Source: Candidatus Saccharimonadia bacterium (GTDB taxonomy: Bacteria; Patescibacteriota; Saccharimonadia; Saccharimonadales; Saccharimonadaceae). Taken from it: a DNA stretch of 64,000 nucleotides. Below the pieces are notes generated by a model. The model did not search any database, was not told the DNA's origin, and saw only the letters and a list, made by a program, of their open reading frames with translations. The DNA lies in the NCBI GenBank assembly GCA_023257815.1, contig JALRBJ010000002.1, positions 18,787-82,786 on the forward strand. The letters are read 5' to 3'. The position numbers and the translations under genes are program-made. Shown here piece by piece: positions 36,703 through 45,287 of this stretch. Position 1 is the first letter of the stretch, and each line of letters starts with the position of its first letter.

Positions 36703-36761
36703 AAGTTATATCTTAATAATACGGTATGCAGCATGATTATAAAACCTGCAGACTAAGTGGC

Positions 36762-36790
36762 TTGATAACGAATACGTTGTTCGCTATAAT
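36762..36790 (+). promoter_or_regulatory. Sigma70-type promoter, TTGATA-N17-TATAAT, for tRNA-Gly
   Basis: -35 at 36762-36767 and -10 at 36785-36790. The tRNA starts 22 nt downstream. Confidence 0.55.
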
Positions 36791-36811
36791 TACTCCCTGT
36801 AAACAACCTAT

Positions 36812-36887
36812 GCGGGTTTAGCTCAGTTGTTAGAGCGCTTCCTTGCCATGGAAGAGGCCAGGAGTTAGAGTCTCCTAACCCGCACCA
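36812..36887 (+). tRNA. tRNA-Gly (anticodon GCC), CCA encoded
   Basis: Hand-folded: acceptor GCGGGTT/AACCCGC, D arm GCTC/GAGC, anticodon stem CTTCC/GGAAG with loop TTGCCAT, T arm AGGAG-TTAGAGT-CTCCT, ACCA end. Confidence 0.85.
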
Positions 36888-36928
36888 TTGAAATCGCCTC
36901 GTAATGCCGGGGCGTTTTCAATTGGCGC

Positions 36929-37546
36929 TTAGTCTAGCCGGTTGGCAAGCTCGTCTTCGATATCGCTTAGCGAATCTTTATAATCCATATAATCGTCCAA
37001 AAAATCAGCATATTTTGGCAAGCTACCGAATAATTCAACAACAGGTTCAGGATTGAGCCACTCAGGCGGACCTAAATAATATGAATGAATACTTGAGTAA
37101 GGATACGCTTTCCAGCCCTTAGGATTCAAATGAATATACCGACTAACATGCATAAGATATGACTCTGATGAAATTAGAGACGCCTTATACCGACTTTCAA
37201 ATAGCGCACCCGATGACTTATATTTCTTGTTGAAATACATGCTATAGCTGGTCATAATCCCCCGCATAAGCCGACTCATTGAACCTTCTGTTTTTTGATA
37301 GAGCAATAAGTGAAAATGGTTACCCATCTGGCAGTAGCAAAGCAAGTCAATGTCGCTGCGCAAATGCGCATATGGCTTACCGTATAGGTCGCTAGCTGGC
37401 TCGATAGATAAATGTCGTGCGAACAAATTGGTAAATGTCTCAAAATCTTCATCATCACGAAATATCTTCTTTCGTCCATGTCCACGGGCATAGACATGAT
37501 AATAGCTATTCGGAGCATCGATCTTTACAATATTTCGACTTGGCAT
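36929..37546 (-). CDS. REP-associated tyrosine transposase / IS200-like HUH (Y1) transposase family protein
   Basis: 205-aa ORF with YHVYARG...IFRDDEDF, HUH motif GNHFHLLLY, then FESRYKASLI and RYIHLNP. This is the typical COG1943/Y1_Tnp layout. Confidence 0.75.
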   Translation of the reverse strand: MPSRNIVKIDAPNSYYHVYARGHGRKKIFRDDEDFETFTNLFARHLSIEPASDLYGKPYAHLRSDIDLLCYCQMGNHFHLLLYQKTEGSMSRLMRGIMTSYSMYFNKKYKSSGALFESRYKASLISSESYLMHVSRYIHLNPKGWKAYPYSSIHSYYLGPPEWLNPEPVVELFGSLPKYADFLDDYMDYKDSLSDIEDELANRLD

Positions 37547-37574
37547 AATACACTTATACCATAATTATTTCAGC

Positions 37575-37599
37575 TAGAGGGTTCGTCCTTCTATTCCTT
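37575..37599 (+). repeat. 25-nt hairpin repeat, copy 1 (tagagggttcgtccttctattcctt)
   Basis: 24/25 identical to 39626-39650. Contains a short stem-loop AGARGG-TTCGT-CCTTCT. Lies 29 nt from the RAYT start codon. Confidence 0.7.
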
Positions 37600-37741
37600 A
37601 TCCCTTCTGCTCTGGAGCGAGCAGACTCTTGAAGGGTTCGGCCAACTCACCTCGAACTGGGTCTTCTTCGATGTAGATTTTCTGCCAGATGCGCCTTTAC
37701 CTTATGGCAAAACAGCAGTGTAAATAGTACAATCGGAACAG

Positions 37742-38287
37742 ATGAAAAGAATATTGTATGTTCGTCATGGCGAAAGTACGGCCAATGTTAACGGTGTTGC
37801 TGGCGTGAGTGATGCACAACTTACCAAAATGGGTGTGGAGCAGGCAAAAATCGCAAGTCAACATCTCAAGAATGAGGGCGTTACTACTATCGCTTGCTCG
37901 CCGTTCATTCGTGCGCGACAAACTGCCGAGATTATTGCTGTGGAGCTGGGTATTCCGGTGTATGAACTTGTTACGATTGACGATCTACAAGAGCGATACC
38001 TCGGCGAGTTTGAGGGAACAACTGGGCGACCGCCAGAGTTCTTTCTCAATTCGGACAATGAGGGTGGTATTGAGTCGCGTCAACACATGATTGATCGTGC
38101 CACGAGAGCCATTGAAAAGTTGAAAGAAATTACTGAGGAACGTGGCGGCACAACTCTTGCTATTGCTCATGGGCAGATTGGCTATTACACGACACAAGTT
38201 TCTAAAGGGCGTACTCGTTTTGAGGACTTTGACTCACCCGCTGAAATGAACAATGCAGCGTTCGTTGAAATATGGAGAGAAGAATAG
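37742..38287 (+). CDS. Histidine phosphatase family protein (phosphoglycerate-mutase-like)
   Basis: 181-aa ORF with the RHGESTAN catalytic motif at the N-terminus and a conserved later AHG. Confidence 0.8.
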   Translation: MKRILYVRHGESTANVNGVAGVSDAQLTKMGVEQAKIASQHLKNEGVTTIACSPFIRARQTAEIIAVELGIPVYELVTIDDLQERYLGEFEGTTGRPPEFFLNSDNEGGIESRQHMIDRATRAIEKLKEITEERGGTTLAIAHGQIGYYTTQVSKGRTRFEDFDSPAEMNNAAFVEIWREE

Positions 38288-38289
38288 AA

Positions 38290-39036
38290 ATGACCCAAGA
38301 ACTTACGGCAGAGCAGCCGGCAAACCCAGAAATATTAGAGCAACATCCGGTTATTGTGGTAGATATTGACGGCGTGCTCTTTGATACACCGCAACATGCT
38401 GTTAACCGCTGGAACGCAAAACATGGCACAACTTACGTGGTGGAGGATATTTTCGATCATAACGCCAAGCACAATAAAGAGCGAGGCGTAGGTCGCCATT
38501 ATCATGATGATGGTTCAGAAATTGACCCAGTAACTGGTGAAAGGTTCGACGATATATTTTATGGAGCACAGAAAGACATCGCCAACTATTTGCTTATGCC
38601 TGGTGCACGTGAGGTGCTTGCGAGACTAAAAAGGGAGTACGGTGCGTCGGTCCACGCACTTACTGCTAGAGATAAAAGTAACCTTGAGGATGCGACTCTC
38701 ACTGCGCTTGGTGAGCATTTTGGTGTTGGCGAAGCCGAGGAGCATTTGATAGACGAACTTCACTTTTCTGGAGACCCTGATTTTATAGGTGAAACACAAG
38801 CCGATAAAGGCACAATACTGCGAGATAAACTCGGCGCGCATATCATGGTAGAGGACAGTATCGCAAATGCTAAAAGCTCTAAGAAAGCTAACGTAGCTAC
38901 TTTTGTATTGAGTCGAGCGTACAATCAGACAGGACACGACTGGTCGTCAGAGGAAACCGCTCCTGATTGGAACACACTCTACCGCCTCATCTCGAAATCA
39001 CTTGACGAGCAAGGTTTTAGAAAAGTTCGTCGGTAG
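38290..39036 (+). CDS. HAD-superfamily hydrolase, 5'(3')-nucleotidase-like
   Basis: DxDxV motif VVDIDGVLFDT. Start taken at MTQELTAEQ, preceded by GGAGAG; the tracked ORF begins at 38272. Confidence 0.5.
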   Translation: MTQELTAEQPANPEILEQHPVIVVDIDGVLFDTPQHAVNRWNAKHGTTYVVEDIFDHNAKHNKERGVGRHYHDDGSEIDPVTGERFDDIFYGAQKDIANYLLMPGAREVLARLKREYGASVHALTARDKSNLEDATLTALGEHFGVGEAEEHLIDELHFSGDPDFIGETQADKGTILRDKLGAHIMVEDSIANAKSSKKANVATFVLSRAYNQTGHDWSSEETAPDWNTLYRLISKSLDEQGFRKVRR

Positions 39037-39135
39037 TCTTTATTCAAAAATGAAAACAGACTCACTGAAAGGGCTACGGCGCTCGTAGAAAACGACGTAG
39101 CGTTACCCTACAGCAAGCCTGCTTTCAGTGAGCCT

Positions 39136-39432
39136 TTACACTCTTGAGAGGCTCTTCAACTCTTTCCGCACGACAGCACGGACTTGGTACTTGAACTCAT
39201 CGGCGATGAGGCGTTTGATGTTCTTTGCAAACCAGGCGATGAACTTGATGACACCATACACGATGAGGCAGGAAGTCATCAGAGAATCAGCGATTTGAAA
39301 GCATTTGCTCACCGAGTTCCACGAGAGAACCCACGAGACGATCCATAGCCAATCGTTGAGAATGTAAACGACCCCAAATGGCGAAGTGGCGAAATGCTCC
39401 CACTTCTCATACAGCTTTTTCAAGTTTTCCAT
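39136..39432 (-). CDS. Small membrane protein
   Basis: 98-aa ORF, Trp-rich, with two hydrophobic helices. GAGAGG SD, own promoter, and G+C above the local background. Confidence 0.45.
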   Translation of the reverse strand: MENLKKLYEKWEHFATSPFGVVYILNDWLWIVSWVLSWNSVSKCFQIADSLMTSCLIVYGVIKFIAWFAKNIKRLIADEFKYQVRAVVRKELKSLSRV

Positions 39433-39477
39433 TTTGAACCTCTCAGGAACGATAAGCCATCTTGACTTATTAGCTTG

Positions 39478-39506
39478 ATTATAGCATAAATTATATGGCT
39501 ATGCAA
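39478..39506 (-). promoter_or_regulatory. Sigma70-type promoter, TTGCAT-N17-TGcTATAAT (minus strand)
   Basis: The reverse complement of 39478-39506 has an extended -10. It lies ~45 nt upstream of the ATG at 39432. Confidence 0.5.
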
Positions 39507-39595
39507 GTACATCCCTTCCTTATCTGTGCAGGACGAGCAAACTTGTGTGCTAGGCGACATGGCTTAATTCGGACACCTTATTGGAAATAGAGAAA

Positions 39596-39613
39596 TAGAG
39601 GGGTTCATCCTTC
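39596..39613 (+). repeat. Degenerate copy of the hairpin repeat (tagaggggttcatccttc)
   Basis: Shares TAGAGG-GTTCRTCCTTC with copies 1 and 3. Confidence 0.5.
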
Positions 39614-39625
39614 AACTAGAAGAAT

Positions 39626-39650
39626 TAGAAGGTTCGTCCTTCTATTCCTT
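39626..39650 (+). repeat. 25-nt hairpin repeat, copy 3 (tagaaggttcgtccttctattcctt)
   Basis: 24/25 identical to 37575-37599. Followed by a second ttctattcc unit. Confidence 0.7.
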
Positions 39651-39879
39651 CTATTCCCTAACGCCCGCTTACGCAGGTTTGTATGCGGCTGCTTTTTTTG
39701 CGTAAGCACCACATCAAAAATGTGTAATAGGGCGTTCATTATTAAGGTCTAAGCTCTTTTATTGTATAGTAAATAGCCCTTTGCTGACACTCCGAAGCGG
39801 CAAAATTTAAAATGAATCGATAACACTTAATGCTTATGCTTTGAAGTCTTGGGAAATGGTTGTTTAATTATTAACAGAT

Positions 39880-42800
39880 ATGAAAGTGCCGAAGTTTAAT
39901 TTCATTCGTGACGAACCACTCGATAAAAATAGCGAGTCATTTTTCAATTTCTATCACTCAGCAATTGCACCTGCACTAGTTAAAATTCTCAAGTCAACCT
40001 CAGCCCCCCATACAATCGGCATCTTTGGGTCATGGGGTACTGGTAAAAGCACGATAATCAATATGTTGAAAAGTGATACAAGACTCAAAACACCCATCTT
40101 TATATTCGACGCATGGAAATATCAAGAGGACTCATTACGAAGGACATTCCTTATTAAGTTAGTAGATTTCCTCAAGAGTAATGAAGTTGGAATAGATTTT
40201 GACGACAATTTCTTGAGCGACATGTATCATGCAACAGAGCAGAGAGTAGACGTTCCAGTTGAGGACGGTAAAATCTCATCAAAAGTACGTTCTTGGATTA
40301 AGAAGAACATACTATTGTCCCTACTCGTCCTGCTAGTTATCGCTACGATAATCGTAATTCTCTTAGCACCTCAATACCCTGGTTTGAAAATGGTAGACGA
40401 TATACTCAAATATCTGTCTTCCATTACAATTGTGGCACTATTTGCCAGTACTTTTCTTGGAAGGGTCTTCGAACGAGTTGGCGACATATTGCTGCAAAAC
40501 TCAAAAACCACTAAAAATTCAATGATGAACATCACCTTCAAAGATAAATTGAATTCTCCTGAAGAATTTGAAGAAAAATTCAAAGACATTCTTCTTAAGT
40601 TGGGAAAAACAAAACTAATAGTTGTCTTCGACAATATAGACCGCGTTCAAGGTGATGTAGCTGTTTCAATGATTTCAACGATTAAAACATTTATGGAACC
40701 CAACAATAAATCACGGGTTGTCTTTATCATTCCATGCGACCCCGATGCAATAGATGAACAGATAGCCCAGTTCTACACAGGAGACAAGGACACAGCTGCG
40801 GGCTACCAATCCTCGGAATATCTGAGAAAAGTATTTAACTTAATAATTTGGCTGCCAGACTATATAAATACAGACCTTGAGGAGTACACTTCAAGGTGTC
40901 TCGAAGCAACTGGCGAAATAAGCTCGCTACTCAACACTGGTAATGTTGTTCTCGTAATCAATTCAGCATTCTCCAAGAACCCACGTGAGATTATTCAGTT
41001 TGTAAATAATCTAACCGCTCTAACAATTGCCGCACACAGTTCAGGAGTAGCAAGTCATATTGTCAATAACATTGCATACTTAGCCAAAACGCAGGTTATT
41101 AAACAAAAGTTTCCAACTGGCTATAAACGACTTCAAAATAGCTGGAATAATCCCGAAGCTATTTATCAAGCTGAACCCATTACTCCCGAAGAAATCGCAC
41201 TGAAAGAATTCATGCTGGCAACAAGTAGAATTACTGCCGAGGACGCTGAGCCATTTATTTATTTTAAAGACCCTCTAGGTGCTCGTGGCCTAAAAGATTC
41301 TAATAGTCTTTTGAACGCATTACTTGAAAGTAATCCCGAAGCTATAGCGGAGCAAGTGAAGATAGAGTCGAATAATGCAGCAGTTGCTAAGTTCACGCTC
41401 GATGTAATGAATAAATATAAAGGAATTCCAAAGGCGTTAGTTGCTATCTATAATGTTCAGTTCAAGAATATATACGACATCATACCTGAAGCATACAAGA
41501 GTAGGTATTTAGATAACTTAGCGAAACTCGTTGATACTCATTTGTGGAGTCGTTTTTCTGAACTCGATACAGATATGACATTTCGTCTAATAAGTGAGGC
41601 GAATCTTGATAAAGACTTAGCTCAAGCCCTGAAAACTCGATATTTAAACACACTGAAGCCACTTGATGAAAGTAAAAAGAATACTACCGAAATACTCAAG
41701 AAAATTGTTGCCAACATTAGAGATAGGAAGACTCTATTCAACACTCAAGAGATTTCTGACGTTAGAGAGAATATAGAGTCAAACTCAGCACTTGCAAATA
41801 ACGCACTAGACTTATTCACTAGTCAGGAATTGCAAGAACAGTTTATAGAGGAAAATCTGTTCTTAAGTTTTGTTCAGTCAATAGACTCAACTAATGTGAA
41901 TTCTCGCATGAAGCAGGTAGCGTCTTATGCTGAGTACATAAAGTCACATGGCCTTATGCCAGATGTATCAGATGCATTTTCTAAGAGTATCGAAAAGGAC
42001 TTTCAAAATAATCCTTCCCAAGCAAAGCACCTAGTACCATACACTTCAGCTCTGGGTACTCTAATAAAACTCGATAGAGAAGAGATTAAGAAAGACGGCT
42101 ACCAAGCACGGTTAACACTCATTCACAGCAGTCTTATGAACGCCCTTAGTGTTGCAGAGGACGAAAGTGTAACGGCAAACATACTTATTGGCTTATGGTG
42201 GCTACACGGGTCAACTCAAACACATGATGACACAATTGTTAATACAATTGCGACTCAAATGGCTTCATTGGGGATTGGCGGAATTCAGACATTCTTTAGC
42301 TATTGGGACAAGCCAACGAAAGAGAATATCGTTAGACATACTCAGCCAACCCTCCTGCAACGGGCTGTGGCAGATGCAAGTATTCTTGAATACATCTACG
42401 AGATTGCAGATATAGATAGCAAAAAAGCTATCGTTACTCACCTTATCAAAAATAAACCTCGTCCTGATGAGTCAACTATTGATTTTCTAAGTGCCAAAAC
42501 TGATGCTTCCAATATAGAAGAAGTAACGTCGGCTATTCGTGAATTGCAGCGAGCAAATGCATTCATAGATGAAGGGTACGTAAATCTCGCTTTACAGAAA
42601 CTTAGAAAAAATAGCTCTAGAGAGAGTAAGGATTCGATAATCCAGCTCATGCGAGAGTTTCTAAGACAAGAAGATTCTTCAAATATGGCTACTGGTCTGC
42701 GATTCATTAAAGAGGAGAAATTTCTATCATCTGAAGACAAAAAGGAACTCGCCGAAGAAGTTCTTGAGTATCTTGAATCAAGAAACGGCACAGTAAATGC

Positions 42801-43134
42801 TGAACAATTAGACCTTCTCAGCTTTATTACCACCCATTTAACAAGCACAAGCTACCATCGCAGGTTGTCACTTTTGGCATTAAGCTGGTTAAAACTTGCA
42901 TCGACAGCAGATATTGCTGAATCCATATTTAACTACCTAAATCAATTAAAGGTACGGTTTAAAGCCTATGAAACTGAAATCAGAGAAACATACCAGCACG
43001 TCTCCGTACAAGCAGAATCAGAAATAAAGAAGAAATCCATAGAATTACTACCTAGTCTTCGAACTCCGAGGCCAGCAAAGCCAGAGAAGGCATTTTGGGA
43101 AGAAGTTAATAACTATTACTCATCTGAGGATTAG
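39880..43134 (+). CDS. KAP-family P-loop NTPase (membrane-inserted), 1084 aa
   Basis: Walker A GSWGTGKST (aa 50-58). Two hydrophobic helices at about aa 143-163 and 180-197. Walker B-like LIVVFDNID (aa 246-254). About 800 aa of helical C-terminal region follow. TM helices inserted inside the NTPase domain are the KAP hallmark. Confidence 0.8.
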   Translation: MKVPKFNFIRDEPLDKNSESFFNFYHSAIAPALVKILKSTSAPHTIGIFGSWGTGKSTIINMLKSDTRLKTPIFIFDAWKYQEDSLRRTFLIKLVDFLKSNEVGIDFDDNFLSDMYHATEQRVDVPVEDGKISSKVRSWIKKNILLSLLVLLVIATIIVILLAPQYPGLKMVDDILKYLSSITIVALFASTFLGRVFERVGDILLQNSKTTKNSMMNITFKDKLNSPEEFEEKFKDILLKLGKTKLIVVFDNIDRVQGDVAVSMISTIKTFMEPNNKSRVVFIIPCDPDAIDEQIAQFYTGDKDTAAGYQSSEYLRKVFNLIIWLPDYINTDLEEYTSRCLEATGEISSLLNTGNVVLVINSAFSKNPREIIQFVNNLTALTIAAHSSGVASHIVNNIAYLAKTQVIKQKFPTGYKRLQNSWNNPEAIYQAEPITPEEIALKEFMLATSRITAEDAEPFIYFKDPLGARGLKDSNSLLNALLESNPEAIAEQVKIESNNAAVAKFTLDVMNKYKGIPKALVAIYNVQFKNIYDIIPEAYKSRYLDNLAKLVDTHLWSRFSELDTDMTFRLISEANLDKDLAQALKTRYLNTLKPLDESKKNTTEILKKIVANIRDRKTLFNTQEISDVRENIESNSALANNALDLFTSQELQEQFIEENLFLSFVQSIDSTNVNSRMKQVASYAEYIKSHGLMPDVSDAFSKSIEKDFQNNPSQAKHLVPYTSALGTLIKLDREEIKKDGYQARLTLIHSSLMNALSVAEDESVTANILIGLWWLHGSTQTHDDTIVNTIATQMASLGIGGIQTFFSYWDKPTKENIVRHTQPTLLQRAVADASILEYIYEIADIDSKKAIVTHLIKNKPRPDESTIDFLSAKTDASNIEEVTSAIRELQRANAFIDEGYVNLALQKLRKNSSRESKDSIIQLMREFLRQEDSSNMATGLRFIKEEKFLSSEDKKELAEEVLEYLESRNGTVNAEQLDLLSFITTHLTSTSYHRRLSLLALSWLKLASTADIAESIFNYLNQLKVRFKAYETEIRETYQHVSVQAESEIKKKSIELLPSLRTPRPAKPEKAFWEEVNNYYSSED

Positions 43135-43175
43135 TCTCGCAATATAAATGACAAAACGATTCAAAGGCGAACCCT

Positions 43176-43313
43176 TCAGTAAATAATCTTTGCAGGAAAC
43201 GGTCTGACCTTTGGTAGTTTGATGCTCATATCTCTTTCAGGCGTATCAGCTACCCATTCATAGAGTTTAAGCAGGTTCTGTAAATGTGCACCAATTTTAG
43301 ATATTTGCCAAAT
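43176..43313 (-). repeat. Degenerate repeat R1 / gene-remnant-like frame
   Basis: The minus-strand frame reads IWQISKIGAHLQNLLKLYEWVADTPERDMSIKLPKVRPFPAKIIY*. It has no usable start and is homologous to R2. Confidence 0.55.
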
Positions 43314-43347
43314 ACGTCGAACTGGCGTTTTTTGATATTATGAAAGT

Positions 43348-43737
43348 ATGAGTGATAAATCAGTATCTGAACAAATTGATGAGATTATTGCACAATATGA
43401 AGGTTGGCAAGAGAAGCTATTAAGGCAGCTACGGTCAATCATTAAGACCGCTGCTCCTGAGATTGTTGAAGAGGTTAAATGGAAAATGCCCAGTAATCCA
43501 AAAGGCTTGCCAGTTTTCTCTCACAATGGAATTGTGTGCATTATTCAAATATTTAAAAACGATATTAAGTTAGTATTTTTCAAAGGTGCGTATTTAGACG
43601 ACCCTAATAAGTTATTCAATGCTCGCCTAAACAGCGAAACGGACCGTGCTATAGAATTCCGTGAAGGCTATGAACTTAATGAGCAGGGCGTCAAAGATCT
43701 AGTTCTAAAAGCAGTAGCGTTCAATTCTAGTAAATAA
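43348..43737 (+). CDS. DUF1801 (YdhG-like) domain protein
   Basis: 129-aa ORF (EEVKWKMPSNPKGLPVFSHNGIVC...KLVFFKGAYL) typical of the YdhG/DUF1801 family. Confidence 0.65.
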   Translation: MSDKSVSEQIDEIIAQYEGWQEKLLRQLRSIIKTAAPEIVEEVKWKMPSNPKGLPVFSHNGIVCIIQIFKNDIKLVFFKGAYLDDPNKLFNARLNSETDRAIEFREGYELNEQGVKDLVLKAVAFNSSK

Positions 43738-43858
43738 TTTTCCCAAACTTTTTGACATTACCTATTTTTGGAAGTTTACATTCACCACCCCCAATCACCC
43801 GTTCAAAAAGTTTAAATAAATTCCGTAGCTCCGCACCAATTTAATTTATTTGTCAAAT
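43727..43858 (-). repeat. Degenerate repeat R2 (decayed copy of R1)
   Basis: The minus-strand frame reads I*QIN*IGAELRNLFKLFERVIGGGECKLPKIGNVKKFGKIIY*. It has two internal stops and overlaps the DUF1801 stop codon. Confidence 0.55.
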
Positions 43859-43935
43859 AAGCCATGAGCGTATTTTTCTTTATCCGACAATAAAAATATA
43901 TCGTTGTAGATCACTATCTAAATCCGAAACACCCA

Positions 43936-44397
43936 CTAACATGCTTTTATTAGCTCAAGATGCTTTTTTCGTTCTTTTTTTACTTCTTCTATATCATCTG
44001 GGTGCATTTTATTCACAAGAGTTACGGCAAAGTCAGTTGCCCATAGCCCATGGTATTTTACATGTGGTCCCGCTGTTAGCTGCCCCATTGTTTTAAAAAA
44101 CCTCGCTTTGATTGGGTCTTCTTCGTCTCGACCGTATTGTGATATAGCAAAGCTGAGATTTCTTGCTTCGTGGTAGTTAGCTTCTCCATTAAGCCAGCGT
44201 TGCATTGCTTCAAAAGCAGCGATTATATCCTTATTTGCCTCAAAGCCTGTCATCTCTATGAGGTGCTTCCCCAGTGCGATGCAAAACTCTACGACTTGTT
44301 GATGACTCTTCGTATCATAGATAGCTATAAAATCATTTCTAAGCTCAGGAACGTCGTCAATTTTGCCAACTGGTCTTTGATAGTCGTATATATTCAT
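43936..44397 (-). CDS. Hypothetical helical protein (possibly immunity-protein-like)
   Basis: 153-aa all-helical ORF. Only a vague resemblance to Imm5-type immunity repeats, so no firm assignment. Confidence 0.5.
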   Translation of the reverse strand: MNIYDYQRPVGKIDDVPELRNDFIAIYDTKSHQQVVEFCIALGKHLIEMTGFEANKDIIAAFEAMQRWLNGEANYHEARNLSFAISQYGRDEEDPIKARFFKTMGQLTAGPHVKYHGLWATDFAVTLVNKMHPDDIEEVKKERKKHLELIKAC

Positions 44398-44572
44398 TAT
44401 CTTATTTTATCACTCCCTTATTTCGTAAGTATTCGCTCCACTTGTAATTCAATTCTACTCGCGTGGCCTATGTGGATCATAAGCTAGTAAATCGACGTTC
44501 TCTGCCTTTACGCCAAAAGGACTCTAGCCCTGCCACAATTCATTAGCCCATACACACTGCTACAATTAATTT

Positions 44573-45178
44573 ATGATTAAAGCATTCTTATTTGATTATG
44601 ATGGTGTCATCACAAAAGGCGTAGATGTTAGTATTCCAGCGCAGCGACTCGCAAAGAGGGCTGATATTTCCGTGGACGAAGCGTCGGATATTATTAAAAT
44701 CATATGGAATGACTACTCCACAGGTAAATCGTCGAAAGACGAGATGTGGAGTAGAATTGAAATGGAACTTGGTAAACATATTGCAGATCACAAGCGTGAT
44801 ATTTGGTTTGGGTGGAATGATTTAAAACCAATTAATTCAATGCTTGAACTCATTCATAAGCTAAAAGCTAAAAACTATCCGGTTGGACTTGTGTCTAACG
44901 TCTTTCAAGAAACAGCTGAGTTAATTAGATTGAACGGTGGATACGAAAACTTTGACTTCACTATTCTGAGTTGCGAAGTAGGCGCTAGAAAACCAGACCC
45001 GCTAATGTATCAATCCGCGATGAAGTATCTTTCAAATATAAAAGCCAACGAGGTGATGTTCTTTGATGATAGACAACATTGCATTGATGGTGCAAAAGAA
45101 TTTGGATTAAATACGTTCTTAGTTACGAATCACAATGAATTAATCATGCAGGTAAATCGAATAGTTAAACAAAGGTAG
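44573..45178 (+). CDS. HAD-superfamily hydrolase (subfamily IA)
   Basis: 201-aa ORF with motif I FLFDYDGVI, motif II VSN and motif IV FFDDR. Confidence 0.75.
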   Translation: MIKAFLFDYDGVITKGVDVSIPAQRLAKRADISVDEASDIIKIIWNDYSTGKSSKDEMWSRIEMELGKHIADHKRDIWFGWNDLKPINSMLELIHKLKAKNYPVGLVSNVFQETAELIRLNGGYENFDFTILSCEVGARKPDPLMYQSAMKYLSNIKANEVMFFDDRQHCIDGAKEFGLNTFLVTNHNELIMQVNRIVKQR

Positions 45179-45287
45179 AGAGTTAAAGGTGTCTCGAGGA
45201 ACTCTTTAATTGTATTTATATAACTTCTGCTTGACCTTGAGTGCTAAAATTATAAAGAGTACAACTTTAAAAAGAGGAGTATGTAAA

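Noticed and set aside
39655-39672. ccctaacgcccgc resembles the tRNA-Gly 3' end (cctaacccgc), suggesting an attR.
   Set aside because: Only about 10 nt match, with an indel. That is too short to distinguish from chance.
43176-43858. Interpretation of repeats R1 and R2 as integron attC sites, giving an ORF-attC cassette array.
   Set aside because: No integron integrase is present. No R''/L''-L'/R' internal inverted-repeat structure or GTTRRRY core is visible. The conservation is better explained at peptide level on the opposite strand.
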